Source: Rhodospirillaceae bacterium
GTDB lineage: Bacteria; Pseudomonadota; Alphaproteobacteria; UBA6615
DNA length: 64,000 bases
Direction of reading: 5' to 3'
Assembly: GCA_038140435.1 (NCBI GenBank)
Contig: JAYQGE010000002.1
Coordinates: 9,218 to 73,217, forward strand
This document shows positions 8,879 through 17,750 of the stretch, in pieces. The notes beneath the pieces are model-generated. The model did no database searches, was not told where the DNA came from, and saw nothing but the letters and a program-made list of their open reading frames with translations. Position 1 is the first letter of the stretch, and every line of letters begins with the position of its first letter. The position numbers and the translations under genes were made by a program.

Positions 8879-8956
8879 TTCGATCCGTCGTCTTGCCGGG
8901 CGCATTGCCCGGCTGGCTTTTGCTAGTATGGGCATTGAATGGTTTAGGAGTTGTGA

Positions 8957-10381
8957 ATGCCGTTAACGGAACTGACCCGGCTGTCGGCGCGCGATGCCGT
9001 CGCCCTTCTGCGCCGGGGCGAGGTTTCTCCCGTCGAGCTCGTGGACGCGGCCGCCGAGCGGATCGCCGAGGTGGACCCGGCGGTCAATGCGGTCCCGACC
9101 CGGTGTGTCGAGATGGCGCGCGAGGCGGCTGCAGCGGTTCGTGTGCCCGACGACCCCGAGGCTGGCTGGCTTGCGGGACTGCCGATCCTGATCAAGGATC
9201 TCACCGACGTGGCGGGGGTGCGCACGACCTACGGTTCGCCGATCTTTGCCGATTACGTGCCGGAGCGCGACGATGTGATGGTCGCACGGCTGAAGCGCAA
9301 CGGTGCCATCGTGATGGGCAAGACCAACACGCCGGAGTTCGGCGCCGGCGCGAACACCTTCAACGAGGTGTTCGGCAAGACCCGGAACCCCTGGAACACG
9401 GACATGACCTGCGGCGGCTCGTCCGGCGGGGCGGCCGTGGCATTGGCGACAGGCATGACCTGGCTCGCGACCGGTTCGGACCTGGGAGGCTCGCTGCGCA
9501 CGCCGGCCAGTTTCTGCTCCGTCGTCGGCATGCGCCCCACGCCCGGGCGTGTCCCGATGGGGCCGACGAGCGACCCATTCCAGACCCTGTCCATGAACGG
9601 TCCGATGGGCCGGAACGTTGCCGACCTGGCATTGCTGCTGGATGCGCAGGTCGGGATCGAGCCGGGCTTTCCGCTGTCGCTCCCGGTCCCGGAAACCTCG
9701 TTCGAGACCGCGGCCCTGAGCCCGGCGCTGCCCGGAAGTATCGGGTTCTCGCCCAATCTCGGGATCGGTCCGGTCGATGCGGAGGTCGCCGAGATCTGCC
9801 GCGCGGCGGTTGGACGGCTCGCGGGGACGGAGACCACGGTCGAGGAGTCCTGCCCCGATTTCTCGGGCGCACTGGACATCTTCCAGACGCTTCGCGCGGC
9901 CCTGTTCGTGACCGGGCGCGCCTCTCTCCTCGAAAATCACCGTGATGCGCTGAAGCCCGAGATGATCTGGAATATCGAGAAGGGCATGAAGCTGACGGCC
10001 GCGGAGATCGGCCGCGCCCAGGTGGAGCGCGGGCATCTGACCCGACGGGTGGCCGATTGGTTCGAAACCCACGATATTCTGGCCTGTCCGGTGGCGATCG
10101 TGCCGCCCTTCGACGTGGACATCCGTTATGTCGAGCGGGTCGGGGACCATGCCTTCGACAACTATGTCGACTGGCTCTACATCGTGGCGGCGATCACGCT
10201 CACCGGCTGCCCGGCGATTTCGGTGCCGTGCGGTTTCACCGCGTCCGGCCTCCCGGTCGGACTGCAGCTCGTGGCTCGGGCGCGCGACGAGGCAAAACTG
10301 CTGTCCGTCGCGGCCGCGGCGGAGGAAATCTTCGGCATTGCGGGCCAGGTGCCGATGGACCCGCGTGCTCCGAACGATTGA
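8957..10381 (+). CDS. Amidase-signature family amidase.
   Basis: The 474-aa ORF has an amidase signature with GGSSGGAAVALATG and catalytic Lys/Ser context. There is an AGGAG ribosome-binding site 8 nt upstream of the ATG. Confidence 0.85.
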   Translation: MPLTELTRLSARDAVALLRRGEVSPVELVDAAAERIAEVDPAVNAVPTRCVEMAREAAAAVRVPDDPEAGWLAGLPILIKDLTDVAGVRTTYGSPIFADYVPERDDVMVARLKRNGAIVMGKTNTPEFGAGANTFNEVFGKTRNPWNTDMTCGGSSGGAAVALATGMTWLATGSDLGGSLRTPASFCSVVGMRPTPGRVPMGPTSDPFQTLSMNGPMGRNVADLALLLDAQVGIEPGFPLSLPVPETSFETAALSPALPGSIGFSPNLGIGPVDAEVAEICRAAVGRLAGTETTVEESCPDFSGALDIFQTLRAALFVTGRASLLENHRDALKPEMIWNIEKGMKLTAAEIGRAQVERGHLTRRVADWFETHDILACPVAIVPPFDVDIRYVERVGDHAFDNYVDWLYIVAAITLTGCPAISVPCGFTASGLPVGLQLVARARDEAKLLSVAAAAEEIFGIAGQVPMDPRAPND

Positions 10382-10440
10382 TCGACCTGGTTCATGTTGC
10401 GCAGCACACAGAAAATATTGCGGTGAAGCATGGCCCGGAG

Positions 10441-10576
10441 TCGGTATCAGTGTCCGATGTGACAATTAATTATCAATAATAACAGTTGCTTAATATTTTT
10501 CGGACAATTCCTTGCGTTTCGGAATAGTGCGGCGCACCATGTTTTGCGTTGCACAATCTAACCAAGGGTTTCCCAT
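10441..10576. promoter_or_regulatory. AT-rich intergenic island (probable promoter/operator region) upstream of the MaoC-like gene.
   Basis: This is a locally low-GC stretch in a ~67% GC context. It contains a repeated GACAATT motif, a repeated TTGCGTT(T/G)C motif and an 11-bp palindrome GTGCGGCGCAC. Confidence 0.3.
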
Positions 10577-11077
10577 ATGTCGGTTGACGTAATCGAGCCG
10601 GTCGCAAAGTCCCAGCCGCCGGTTGCCGCCGATCCTATCGAAGAGCTGAGCGGCTATTTTTTCGAGGATCTGGAACCGGGCATGACCGCCGCTTATGCGC
10701 GCACGATCGGGCCGGCCGATCTGGTCATGTTCGCCGGAATCTCGGGCGATACGAACCCGATGCACCTCAACGAGGAGTATGCGGAACGCACGATGTTCGC
10801 GGGCACCATCGCCCATGGCATGCTGTGCTCGAGCTTCATCTCGACCGTCGTCGGGACCCGGCTCCCCGGGCCGGGTTGCGTCTATATCAGCCAGAATCTC
10901 AAGTTCAAGGCGCCGGTGCGCCCTGGCGACACCGTCACGGCGCGCGCCACCGTCATCGAGCTGAAGCCGGAGAAATCCCGGGTGACCCTCGAGACGGTCT
11001 GCACCGTCGGCGACACGGTCGTCATCTCGGGCCAGGCCGAAGTCCTGGTGCCGCGCCGGAACACGCACGACGCCTGA
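10577..11077 (+). CDS. MaoC-like (R)-specific enoyl-CoA hydratase / dehydratase (hot-dog fold).
   Basis: The 166-aa ORF has the hot-dog MaoC motif (GDTNPMHLNEEYAERTMFAGTIAHGM). Confidence 0.85.
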   Translation: MSVDVIEPVAKSQPPVAADPIEELSGYFFEDLEPGMTAAYARTIGPADLVMFAGISGDTNPMHLNEEYAERTMFAGTIAHGMLCSSFISTVVGTRLPGPGCVYISQNLKFKAPVRPGDTVTARATVIELKPEKSRVTLETVCTVGDTVVISGQAEVLVPRRNTHDA

Positions 11078-11192
11078 ACCGGGTGGCCCAGCGCGCGGGG
11101 CGAACCCGTGCGCCGTTTCGTCTCGAAGCCTTGGCCTGGTCCCTGACTGATCAACGCTTGATCAACGTCGGGGCGGCGCGTACATCCCGCCC

Positions 11193-12170
11193 ATGCAGAT
11201 TTTCAGACATGTCGGCGAGCTTCCGGATTCCGCGCGGGATGCGGTGGTTGCCATCGGTAATTTCGACGGGTTGCATCGCGGCCACCAGCAGGTAATCGCG
11301 ACCGCTCGCGACATTGCGCGCGCCCAGTCGCGCCAGTTCGGCGCGCTGACGTTTGAGCCGCATCCACGTGCCTTTTTCGGGCCCGTGGATGAACCATTTC
11401 GGCTAACACCGTTCCGTATCAAGGTCCGCGAGTTCCAGGCGCTTGGCGTCGAGCTGCTTTACGTGCTGCGGTTCAACCAGGCGCTAGCCGGGCGTTCGGC
11501 CGAGGATTTCCTGTCCAACCTGCTGCACAGTGGTATTGGGCCGGCCCACGTGGTGGTGGGCTACAACTTCAAATTCGGTTCGGGCCGGGAAGGCGATTTC
11601 GATCTGCTCGCGGCGCGCGGCCGGGAGCTCGGGTTTGATGTCACGTGCGTGGAACTCGCACGCGACGAGGTCGACGAGGTTTACTCCTCGACCCTCATCC
11701 GAAAGTATCTGACCAACGGGCAGCCGCAGCGCGCAGCGGCACTGCTCGGTCACCTGTGGGAGGTCGAGGGACGGGTCGATTCCGGGCGTCAACTCGGCCG
11801 CACGATCGGTTTCCCGACCGCGAATGTGGACCTCGGCGAGGCAATCCACCCCGCGCGCGGGGTTTACTCCATCCGCGGCGGCCTGCGCGATGGCGAGACG
11901 ATGCGCTGGTACGACGGGGTCGCCAATCTCGGTGTCCGGCCGACCGTGGACGGCGAGACGCTGGTCCTCGAGGCGCACCTGTTCGACTTCGACGAGGATA
12001 TCTACGGGCGCTATCTGCGCGTGGCCTTCGTGGACTTCCTGCGGCCGGAGCAGAAGTTCGACGGGATCGACGCGCTGAAGGCGCAGATCGCGGAGGATTC
12101 GCGCCAGGCACGGGAATTGCTGCAGGCGCGCGCGCTCGGCGCCGGTGATTTTATCGGCGAGGATATGTAA
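11193..12170 (+). CDS. ribF: Bifunctional riboflavin kinase / FMN adenylyltransferase.
   Basis: The 325-aa ORF has N-terminal FAD synthetase motifs (GNFDGLHRGHQ) and a C-terminal riboflavin kinase domain. The ribF-ileS-lspA order is conserved. Confidence 0.9.
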   Translation: MQIFRHVGELPDSARDAVVAIGNFDGLHRGHQQVIATARDIARAQSRQFGALTFEPHPRAFFGPVDEPFRLTPFRIKVREFQALGVELLYVLRFNQALAGRSAEDFLSNLLHSGIGPAHVVVGYNFKFGSGREGDFDLLAARGRELGFDVTCVELARDEVDEVYSSTLIRKYLTNGQPQRAAALLGHLWEVEGRVDSGRQLGRTIGFPTANVDLGEAIHPARGVYSIRGGLRDGETMRWYDGVANLGVRPTVDGETLVLEAHLFDFDEDIYGRYLRVAFVDFLRPEQKFDGIDALKAQIAEDSRQARELLQARALGAGDFIGEDM

Positions 12171-12244
12171 AACACCGGATGTCCGGCTGTTGCCGTCATG
12201 CGCACGCCGCACTATAAGCCGCTCGGTCGCCCTGGGAACAAAAC

Positions 12245-15085
12245 ATGGCCATTGATTACAAGGACACAGTCTTCCTTCCGAAGACAGAATTCCCGATGCG
12301 CGCGGGCCTGCCGAAAAAGGAGCCCGCGCTGATCGAGCATTGGGCCAAGCTCGACCTGTTCGCGCGCCAGCGCGCGGAATCGGCGGGACGTCCGCCCTTC
12401 GTGCTGCATGACGGTCCGCCCTATGCGAACGGGCACCTGCATATCGGCCACGCGCTGAACAAGATCCTTAAGGACGTCATCAGCCGCTCCCAGCAGATGA
12501 TGGGCAAGGATTCGAACTACGTGCCCGGCTGGGACTGCCACGGCCTGCCCATCGAGTGGAAGATCGAGGAACAGTATCGCGCCGCGGGGCAGAACAAGGA
12601 CGATGTCCCGATCCTGGAGTTCCGCAAGGAATGCCGCGAGTTCGCCGCCAAGTGGATTGCGATCCAGTCCGAGGAGTTTCAGCGGCTCGGCGTGATCGGC
12701 AACTGGGACGATCCGTACACCACCATGGCCTATGCGGCCGAGGCGCAGATTGCGCGCGAGATCGCGAAGTTCGCCATGAATGGCGGGCTCTATCGCGGTG
12801 CCCGCCCGGTCCTCTGGTCGGTGGTCGAGAAAACGGCGCTCGCCGATGCCGAGGTCGAGTACGAGGACCATGTCTCGCCCTCGATCTATGTGCGGTTTCC
12901 CGTGACGTCGGCCGCCGATCCGGCGCTGGAGGGCGCGGCGATCGTGATCTGGACGACCACCCCCTGGACGATCCCGGGCAACCGGGCGATCGCGGCCGGC
13001 GCGGAGCTCGCCTATGCGCGAATCCGGGTGAGCGCGGTCTCGGAGAAAAGCCGGGTGCGGGTCGGCGACGAGCTGGTGCTGGCGACCGAGCTGCGTGAAA
13101 CCGCATGCGCGGAAATGGGCATCGAGGCGTTCGAGGATGTCGCGGAGATCCCGGGTACAGCGATCGTGGGCAGCGTCTGCGCCCATCCGCTCGCGGCCAA
13201 GGGTTTCGACCACGAGGTGCCGGTCTTTGCGGGTGACTTCGTGACCATCGAACAGGGCACGGGCTTCGTGCATATCGCACCCAGCCATGGCGAGGACGAC
13301 TTCCATCTGGGGCGCGCGCATGGTCTTCCCGTGCCGGACATGGTCGACGAGGCGGGCTGTTACTTCGAGCATGTGCCGCTGTTCGCCGGCATGGCGGTGT
13401 TGACTCCCGACGGCGAGGAGGGCGAGGCCAACGGCGCCGTCATGAGCGTGCTGGAAGGCGAGGACGCGCTGCTCGGCCGCCGCCGGCTGGAGCACTCCTA
13501 TCCCCATTCCTGGCGGTCCAAGGCGCCGCTCATCTTCCGCAATACCTCGCAGTGGTTCATCTCGATGGAGACGAACGATCTGCGGGACAAGGCGCTGACC
13601 GCCATCTCCGAGACCCGCTTCGTGCCGCCGCAGGGCCAGACACGCCTTCGCTCGATGATCGAGACGCGCCCGGATTGGTGCATCTCGCGTCAGCGCGCCT
13701 GGGGCGTACCCATCCCGGTCTTCGTGCACAAGCAGACCGGTGAGCTGCTGCGTGACCAGGCCGTGTTCGACCGCATCGCGGAGGCCTTCGAGGCGGAGGG
13801 CGGCGACGCCTGGTTCGCGAGTCCGCCCTCGCGGTTCCTGGGCGACGCGTATGACGCGGACGAGTATGAGCAGGTGCGCGACATCGTCGATGTCTGGTTT
13901 GACTCCGGCTCGACCCACGCCTTCGTGCTGGAGGACCGCGACGACCTGCATTGGCCGGCCTCGCTTTATCTCGAGGGCTCTGACCAGCATCGCGGCTGGT
14001 TCCACTCCTCGCTGCTGGAATCGTGCGGCACGCGCGGCCGCGCGCCCTACGACGCGGTCCTGACCCATGGCTTCGTGATGGCCGAGGACGGTCGCAAGAT
14101 GTCGAAGTCCCGGGGCACCGACGTGTCGCCCCAGGAAACGGTCGAGAGCCTCGGCGCGGACATCCTGCGCATCTGGGTCGTCAGTTCCGATTATTCCGAG
14201 GATTTGCGGCTCGGGCCTGAAATTCTCAAGCACCAGGCCGATCTCTACCGACGCATCCGCAACACGCTGCGTTTCCTGCTCGGTAATCTCGATGGGTTCG
14301 CGGACAGCGAGCGCGTGCCGGCGGCGGAGATGCCCGAACTCGAGCGCTGGGTGCTGCACCGCATCCACGAGATGGACGCGCTGGTGCGGCAGACCACGGA
14401 CGATTTCGAGTTCCACACGCAGTGGACGGCGCTTCACAATTTCTGCGCGGTCGAGCTCTCGGCCTTCTACTTCGACATCCGCAAGGACGCGCTCTACTGC
14501 GACGCACCGGACAGCCTGCGTCGCCGTGCGGCGCGCACGGTGCTCGACCTGCTGTTCTCTCATCTGACGGCCTGGCTCGCGCCGATCCTTTGTTTCACCG
14601 CGGAGGAGGCGTGGCTGGCGCGGCGCGGTGAAGACGACGTCGAGTCCGTCCATCTGCGCACCTTCCCCGAGGCGCCGGATGCCTGGCGCGACGATGTGCT
14701 GGCGGCGAAGTGGGAAAAGGTCCGAAGCCTGCGCCGGGTCGTGACCGGCGCGCTCGAGATCGAGCGCGCGGAGAAACGTATCGGATCCAGCCTCCAGGCC
14801 GCGCCGACGGTGTACGCCGATGCCGACACCGTCGCGGCAATGGCCGGCCTCGATCTGGCGGAGATCGCGATCACGTCCGGTGGCAGCCTCGTCGAGGGTG
14901 CTGGGCCGGACGATGCGTTCCGGCTGCCGGATGTCGATGTGGTCGCCGTGGTCCCCGGCCAGGCCGAGGGCGAGAAATGTGCCCGCTGCTGGCAGGTGCT
15001 TCCGGATGTGGGCGCACATGCCCACCCGGATGTCTGTGCGCGTTGCGCGGCGGCGGTCGACGGCCAGCAGGAGGCCGCCGAGTAG
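12245..15085 (+). CDS. ileS: Isoleucine--tRNA ligase.
   Basis: The 946-aa ORF has the HIGH motif (PYANGHLHIGHALN), KMSKS (KMSKSRG) and a C-terminal zinc-finger Cys cluster (CARCWQ…CARC). Confidence 0.95.
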   Translation: MAIDYKDTVFLPKTEFPMRAGLPKKEPALIEHWAKLDLFARQRAESAGRPPFVLHDGPPYANGHLHIGHALNKILKDVISRSQQMMGKDSNYVPGWDCHGLPIEWKIEEQYRAAGQNKDDVPILEFRKECREFAAKWIAIQSEEFQRLGVIGNWDDPYTTMAYAAEAQIAREIAKFAMNGGLYRGARPVLWSVVEKTALADAEVEYEDHVSPSIYVRFPVTSAADPALEGAAIVIWTTTPWTIPGNRAIAAGAELAYARIRVSAVSEKSRVRVGDELVLATELRETACAEMGIEAFEDVAEIPGTAIVGSVCAHPLAAKGFDHEVPVFAGDFVTIEQGTGFVHIAPSHGEDDFHLGRAHGLPVPDMVDEAGCYFEHVPLFAGMAVLTPDGEEGEANGAVMSVLEGEDALLGRRRLEHSYPHSWRSKAPLIFRNTSQWFISMETNDLRDKALTAISETRFVPPQGQTRLRSMIETRPDWCISRQRAWGVPIPVFVHKQTGELLRDQAVFDRIAEAFEAEGGDAWFASPPSRFLGDAYDADEYEQVRDIVDVWFDSGSTHAFVLEDRDDLHWPASLYLEGSDQHRGWFHSSLLESCGTRGRAPYDAVLTHGFVMAEDGRKMSKSRGTDVSPQETVESLGADILRIWVVSSDYSEDLRLGPEILKHQADLYRRIRNTLRFLLGNLDGFADSERVPAAEMPELERWVLHRIHEMDALVRQTTDDFEFHTQWTALHNFCAVELSAFYFDIRKDALYCDAPDSLRRRAARTVLDLLFSHLTAWLAPILCFTAEEAWLARRGEDDVESVHLRTFPEAPDAWRDDVLAAKWEKVRSLRRVVTGALEIERAEKRIGSSLQAAPTVYADADTVAAMAGLDLAEIAITSGGSLVEGAGPDDAFRLPDVDVVAVVPGQAEGEKCARCWQVLPDVGAHAHPDVCARCAAAVDGQQEAAE

Positions 15086-15097
15086 GCGGGTGATATC

Positions 15098-15568
15098 GTG
15101 ATATCGCGATGGGTCCTGCTCTTTGTCGTTGCGCTGATCGCGGTCGATCAAGCGCTCAAGCGGGTGATGCTGGGCCTCGTCTTCGATCCGCCCGAAATCG
15201 TCTCCGTAACCTCCTTCTTAAATCTCGTGCCCGTCTGGAACCGCGGGATCAGCTTCGGACTGTTCGGAGGCGCGGAGACGTCGCGCTGGATCCTGGTTGC
15301 GCTCGCGCTGGTTATCGTGGCGATGCTGCTCGTCTGGCTCGCCCGGTCCGGGCAGGGAATCGTGCGGTTCGCCCTTTTGCTCGTGATCGGCGGCGCCCTG
15401 AGCAACGTGATCGACCGCGTGATTTATGGCGCTGTGATCGATTTTATCGACATTCACGGGTTCGGCTGGCACTGGCCTGCCTTCAATATCGCGGACACGG
15501 CCATCGTCGTGGGCACCGCGATGCTCCTGTGCGACGGCTTGTTCGGTTCCCCGCGTGCGCTAAAATAG
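15098..15568 (+). CDS. lspA: Lipoprotein signal peptidase II.
   Basis: The 156-aa four-TM protein has NRGISFG and FNIADTAIVVG motifs. It uses a GTG start 12 nt after the ileS stop. Confidence 0.9.
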   Translation: MISRWVLLFVVALIAVDQALKRVMLGLVFDPPEIVSVTSFLNLVPVWNRGISFGLFGGAETSRWILVALALVIVAMLLVWLARSGQGIVRFALLLVIGGALSNVIDRVIYGAVIDFIDIHGFGWHWPAFNIADTAIVVGTAMLLCDGLFGSPRALK

Positions 15569-15620
15569 AGTCATGGACGAGCTTCGCGATTTCGGCGACG
15601 AACTGACGGACAGGGCACGA

Positions 15621-16250
15621 ATGTTTGAACGATCGACACGCGCTGACCGCACACCGCGCACACCGCGCGGCCTGGTACTGCTCGTGGCCGCGGCCATGAC
15701 GCTCGCGGCGTGTGGCGATTCGACTAAGCGCGCCTTTGGTTTGCAACGCACGCCGCCGGACGAGTTCGCTGTGGTGCCGCGCGCGCCGCTGTCCCAGCCG
15801 CCCGATTTCAAGCTGCGCCCGCCGCGCCCCGGTGCGGAGGACCTGACCACCGTTTCGACGCGCGAACAGGCGCGGCAGGCGGTTTTCCGTGGAGACGACG
15901 ACACCCGAAGCACGCGGGGCAACGCGGGCCCTGCGGCCCAGCCGGCGCCACGCGCGGGTGTGCAGTCTGCGACGCCAGGTGAATCGGCATTCCTCGCTCG
16001 CGCCGGCGCGCTTGAAACCGATCCGTTGATCCGCAGCCAGATTGACCGTGAGACCTCGGTCTTGAAGGACGAGAATCAGAACTTCGTCCGCGCACTTCTG
16101 GGGCTGAAACAGGATGCCGTCGACGACGTGGTCGATGCGCCGGAGGAATCGCGCCGGTTGCGAGAGAACCAGGCGCTCGGCGTCCCTCCGACCGAGGGCG
16201 AGGTGCCGACGATTTCGCGCACGCGCAACAGCCTGCTCGATATCTTCTAG
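15621..16250 (+). CDS. DUF3035-type lipoprotein. The N-terminus is uncertain, and the ORF track starts it at 15573.
   Basis: It has a lipobox (LVLLVAAAMTLAAC) after a basic n-region. Its position immediately after lspA is conserved in alphaproteobacteria. It is low-complexity and Pro/Ala/Arg-rich. Confidence 0.6.
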   Translation: MFERSTRADRTPRTPRGLVLLVAAAMTLAACGDSTKRAFGLQRTPPDEFAVVPRAPLSQPPDFKLRPPRPGAEDLTTVSTREQARQAVFRGDDDTRSTRGNAGPAAQPAPRAGVQSATPGESAFLARAGALETDPLIRSQIDRETSVLKDENQNFVRALLGLKQDAVDDVVDAPEESRRLRENQALGVPPTEGEVPTISRTRNSLLDIF

Positions 16251-16385
16251 TCCGGGCCCGGCCGCCCAATTTTCGCCAAATGTCGCGTTAAAGTGACCGC
16301 CGCGTCCGGATTCGCCGTTGCGGACGTGCCCAGGCGCGCCATATCTGGCGTGCACCCGATCGGTCCGCCAAAAGGAACGGAATCA

Positions 16386-17750
16386 ATGATTTTGCCCTTC
16401 CGCCTCCCGGCCATCCGCGCGATGGCATTGCCACTGGCCCTGCTCGCGCTGCTTGCGGATGGAGCCGAGGCGCAGGTTTTCGACCCGACCACCTTCGAGC
16501 TCGACAATGGCATGCAGGTGGTGGTGGTTGAGAATCACCGTGCCCCCGTTGTGACCCACATGGTATGGTACAAGGCCGGCGCGGCGGACGAACCGGCGGG
16601 AAAATCCGGCATCGCGCACTATCTTGAGCACCTGATGTTCAAGGGTACCGAGACACGCGCGCCGGGCGAATTCTCCCGGATCATCGCCGACATCGGCGGC
16701 CGCGAGAACGCGTTCACCTCCCAGGACTACACGGGATACTTTCAGACCGTCGCGCCGCAGCATCTCGGGCTCATGATGGAGCTGGAGGCGGACCGGATGA
16801 CAGGTCTCGTCCTGACCGATGCGATCATCGAGCCGGAGCGCAAGGTGATCCTCGAGGAACGCCGGTCGCGGACCGACAACAATCCGCGTTCGCTCCTGTC
16901 CGAGCAGGTCGCGGCGGCCACCTGGCTCAATCATCCCTACAGGCTTCCGATCATCGGCTGGGCGCACGAAATCGAGACCATCACGCGTGCCGATCTCGAG
17001 GACTTCTATGAGACATGGTACGCCCCCAACAACGCCGTTCTCGTGGTGTCGGGCGATGTCGATCCGGAGGCGGTCCGCCGGCTCGCCGAGGAGACCTATG
17101 GGCAGATTCCGACACGGACGCTGCCCCCACGTGTCCGGCCGGTCGAGCCGCCGCAGATCGCGCCGCGCGAGGTCGTGATGCGCGACGCCCGCGTGAACCA
17201 GCCATCCTGGTCGCGTCGCTATCTCGCCCCCAGCTACGTGGCGGGCGACACCGAACACGCCTACGCGCTCGAACTCCTTGCGGAGATTTTCGGCGGCGGC
17301 GCCACGGGCCGGATCTATCGATCGGTTGTTGCCGAGCAGGCGCTCGCGGCCTCGGCGGGGGCCTGGTACTTGCCCGGCGAACTCGATCTCACGACCTTCG
17401 GACTCTGGTTTACCCCGCGGCCCGGCGTCTCGATCGAGGCTGTGCGCACCGCCATGGACGCACAGGTTGCAACCCTGCTCGAGACGGGGATCACCGAAGA
17501 TGAGTTGTCTCGTGCGAAGCAGCGTCTGATTGACAGCGCCATCTTCGCCCGGGATAGCGTTGGCGGTCCCGCGCGGGTGTTCGGAGCCGCGCTGACGACG
17601 GGCCAGACGGTCGCGGACGTCGAGGCCTGGCCCGACAGGATACGTGCGGTGACCGTCGATCAGGTCAACGCCGCGGCGCGTACGGTGTTCGATATCAACC
17701 GTTCGACGACCGGCATCCTGCTGCCGGCCGAGGGAGAGAGCCGGACATGA
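16386..17750 (+). CDS. M16 family zinc peptidase (pitrilysin-like, catalytic subunit).
   Basis: It has the HxxEH zinc-binding motif (IAHYLEHLMFKGT) and a signal peptide (MILPFRLPAIRAMALPLALLALLADGAEA). There is an AAAGGAAC ribosome-binding site. Confidence 0.85.
   Translation: MILPFRLPAIRAMALPLALLALLADGAEAQVFDPTTFELDNGMQVVVVENHRAPVVTHMVWYKAGAADEPAGKSGIAHYLEHLMFKGTETRAPGEFSRIIADIGGRENAFTSQDYTGYFQTVAPQHLGLMMELEADRMTGLVLTDAIIEPERKVILEERRSRTDNNPRSLLSEQVAAATWLNHPYRLPIIGWAHEIETITRADLEDFYETWYAPNNAVLVVSGDVDPEAVRRLAEETYGQIPTRTLPPRVRPVEPPQIAPREVVMRDARVNQPSWSRRYLAPSYVAGDTEHAYALELLAEIFGGGATGRIYRSVVAEQALAASAGAWYLPGELDLTTFGLWFTPRPGVSIEAVRTAMDAQVATLLETGITEDELSRAKQRLIDSAIFARDSVGGPARVFGAALTTGQTVADVEAWPDRIRAVTVDQVNAAARTVFDINRSTTGILLPAEGESRT

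Noticed and set aside
12212-15151. 979-aa ORF on the minus strand exactly antisense to ileS. Similar long antisense ORFs lie opposite egtB (637-1614), pmbA/ubiD (34725-36455), tldD (44773-46482), ctaD (48025-49803) and dsbD (59732-62047).
   Set aside because: These are stop-codon-poor antisense frames typical of high-GC DNA. Their translations are Arg/Ala/Pro/Gly-rich and low-complexity, with no motifs. The sense-strand genes are unambiguous.
16251-16292. GC palindrome CCGGGCCCGG plus TTTTC after the DUF3035 gene, considered as a terminator.
   Set aside because: The palindrome has no loop and the stem is too short. The downstream M16 genes are probably co-transcribed or have their own promoter.
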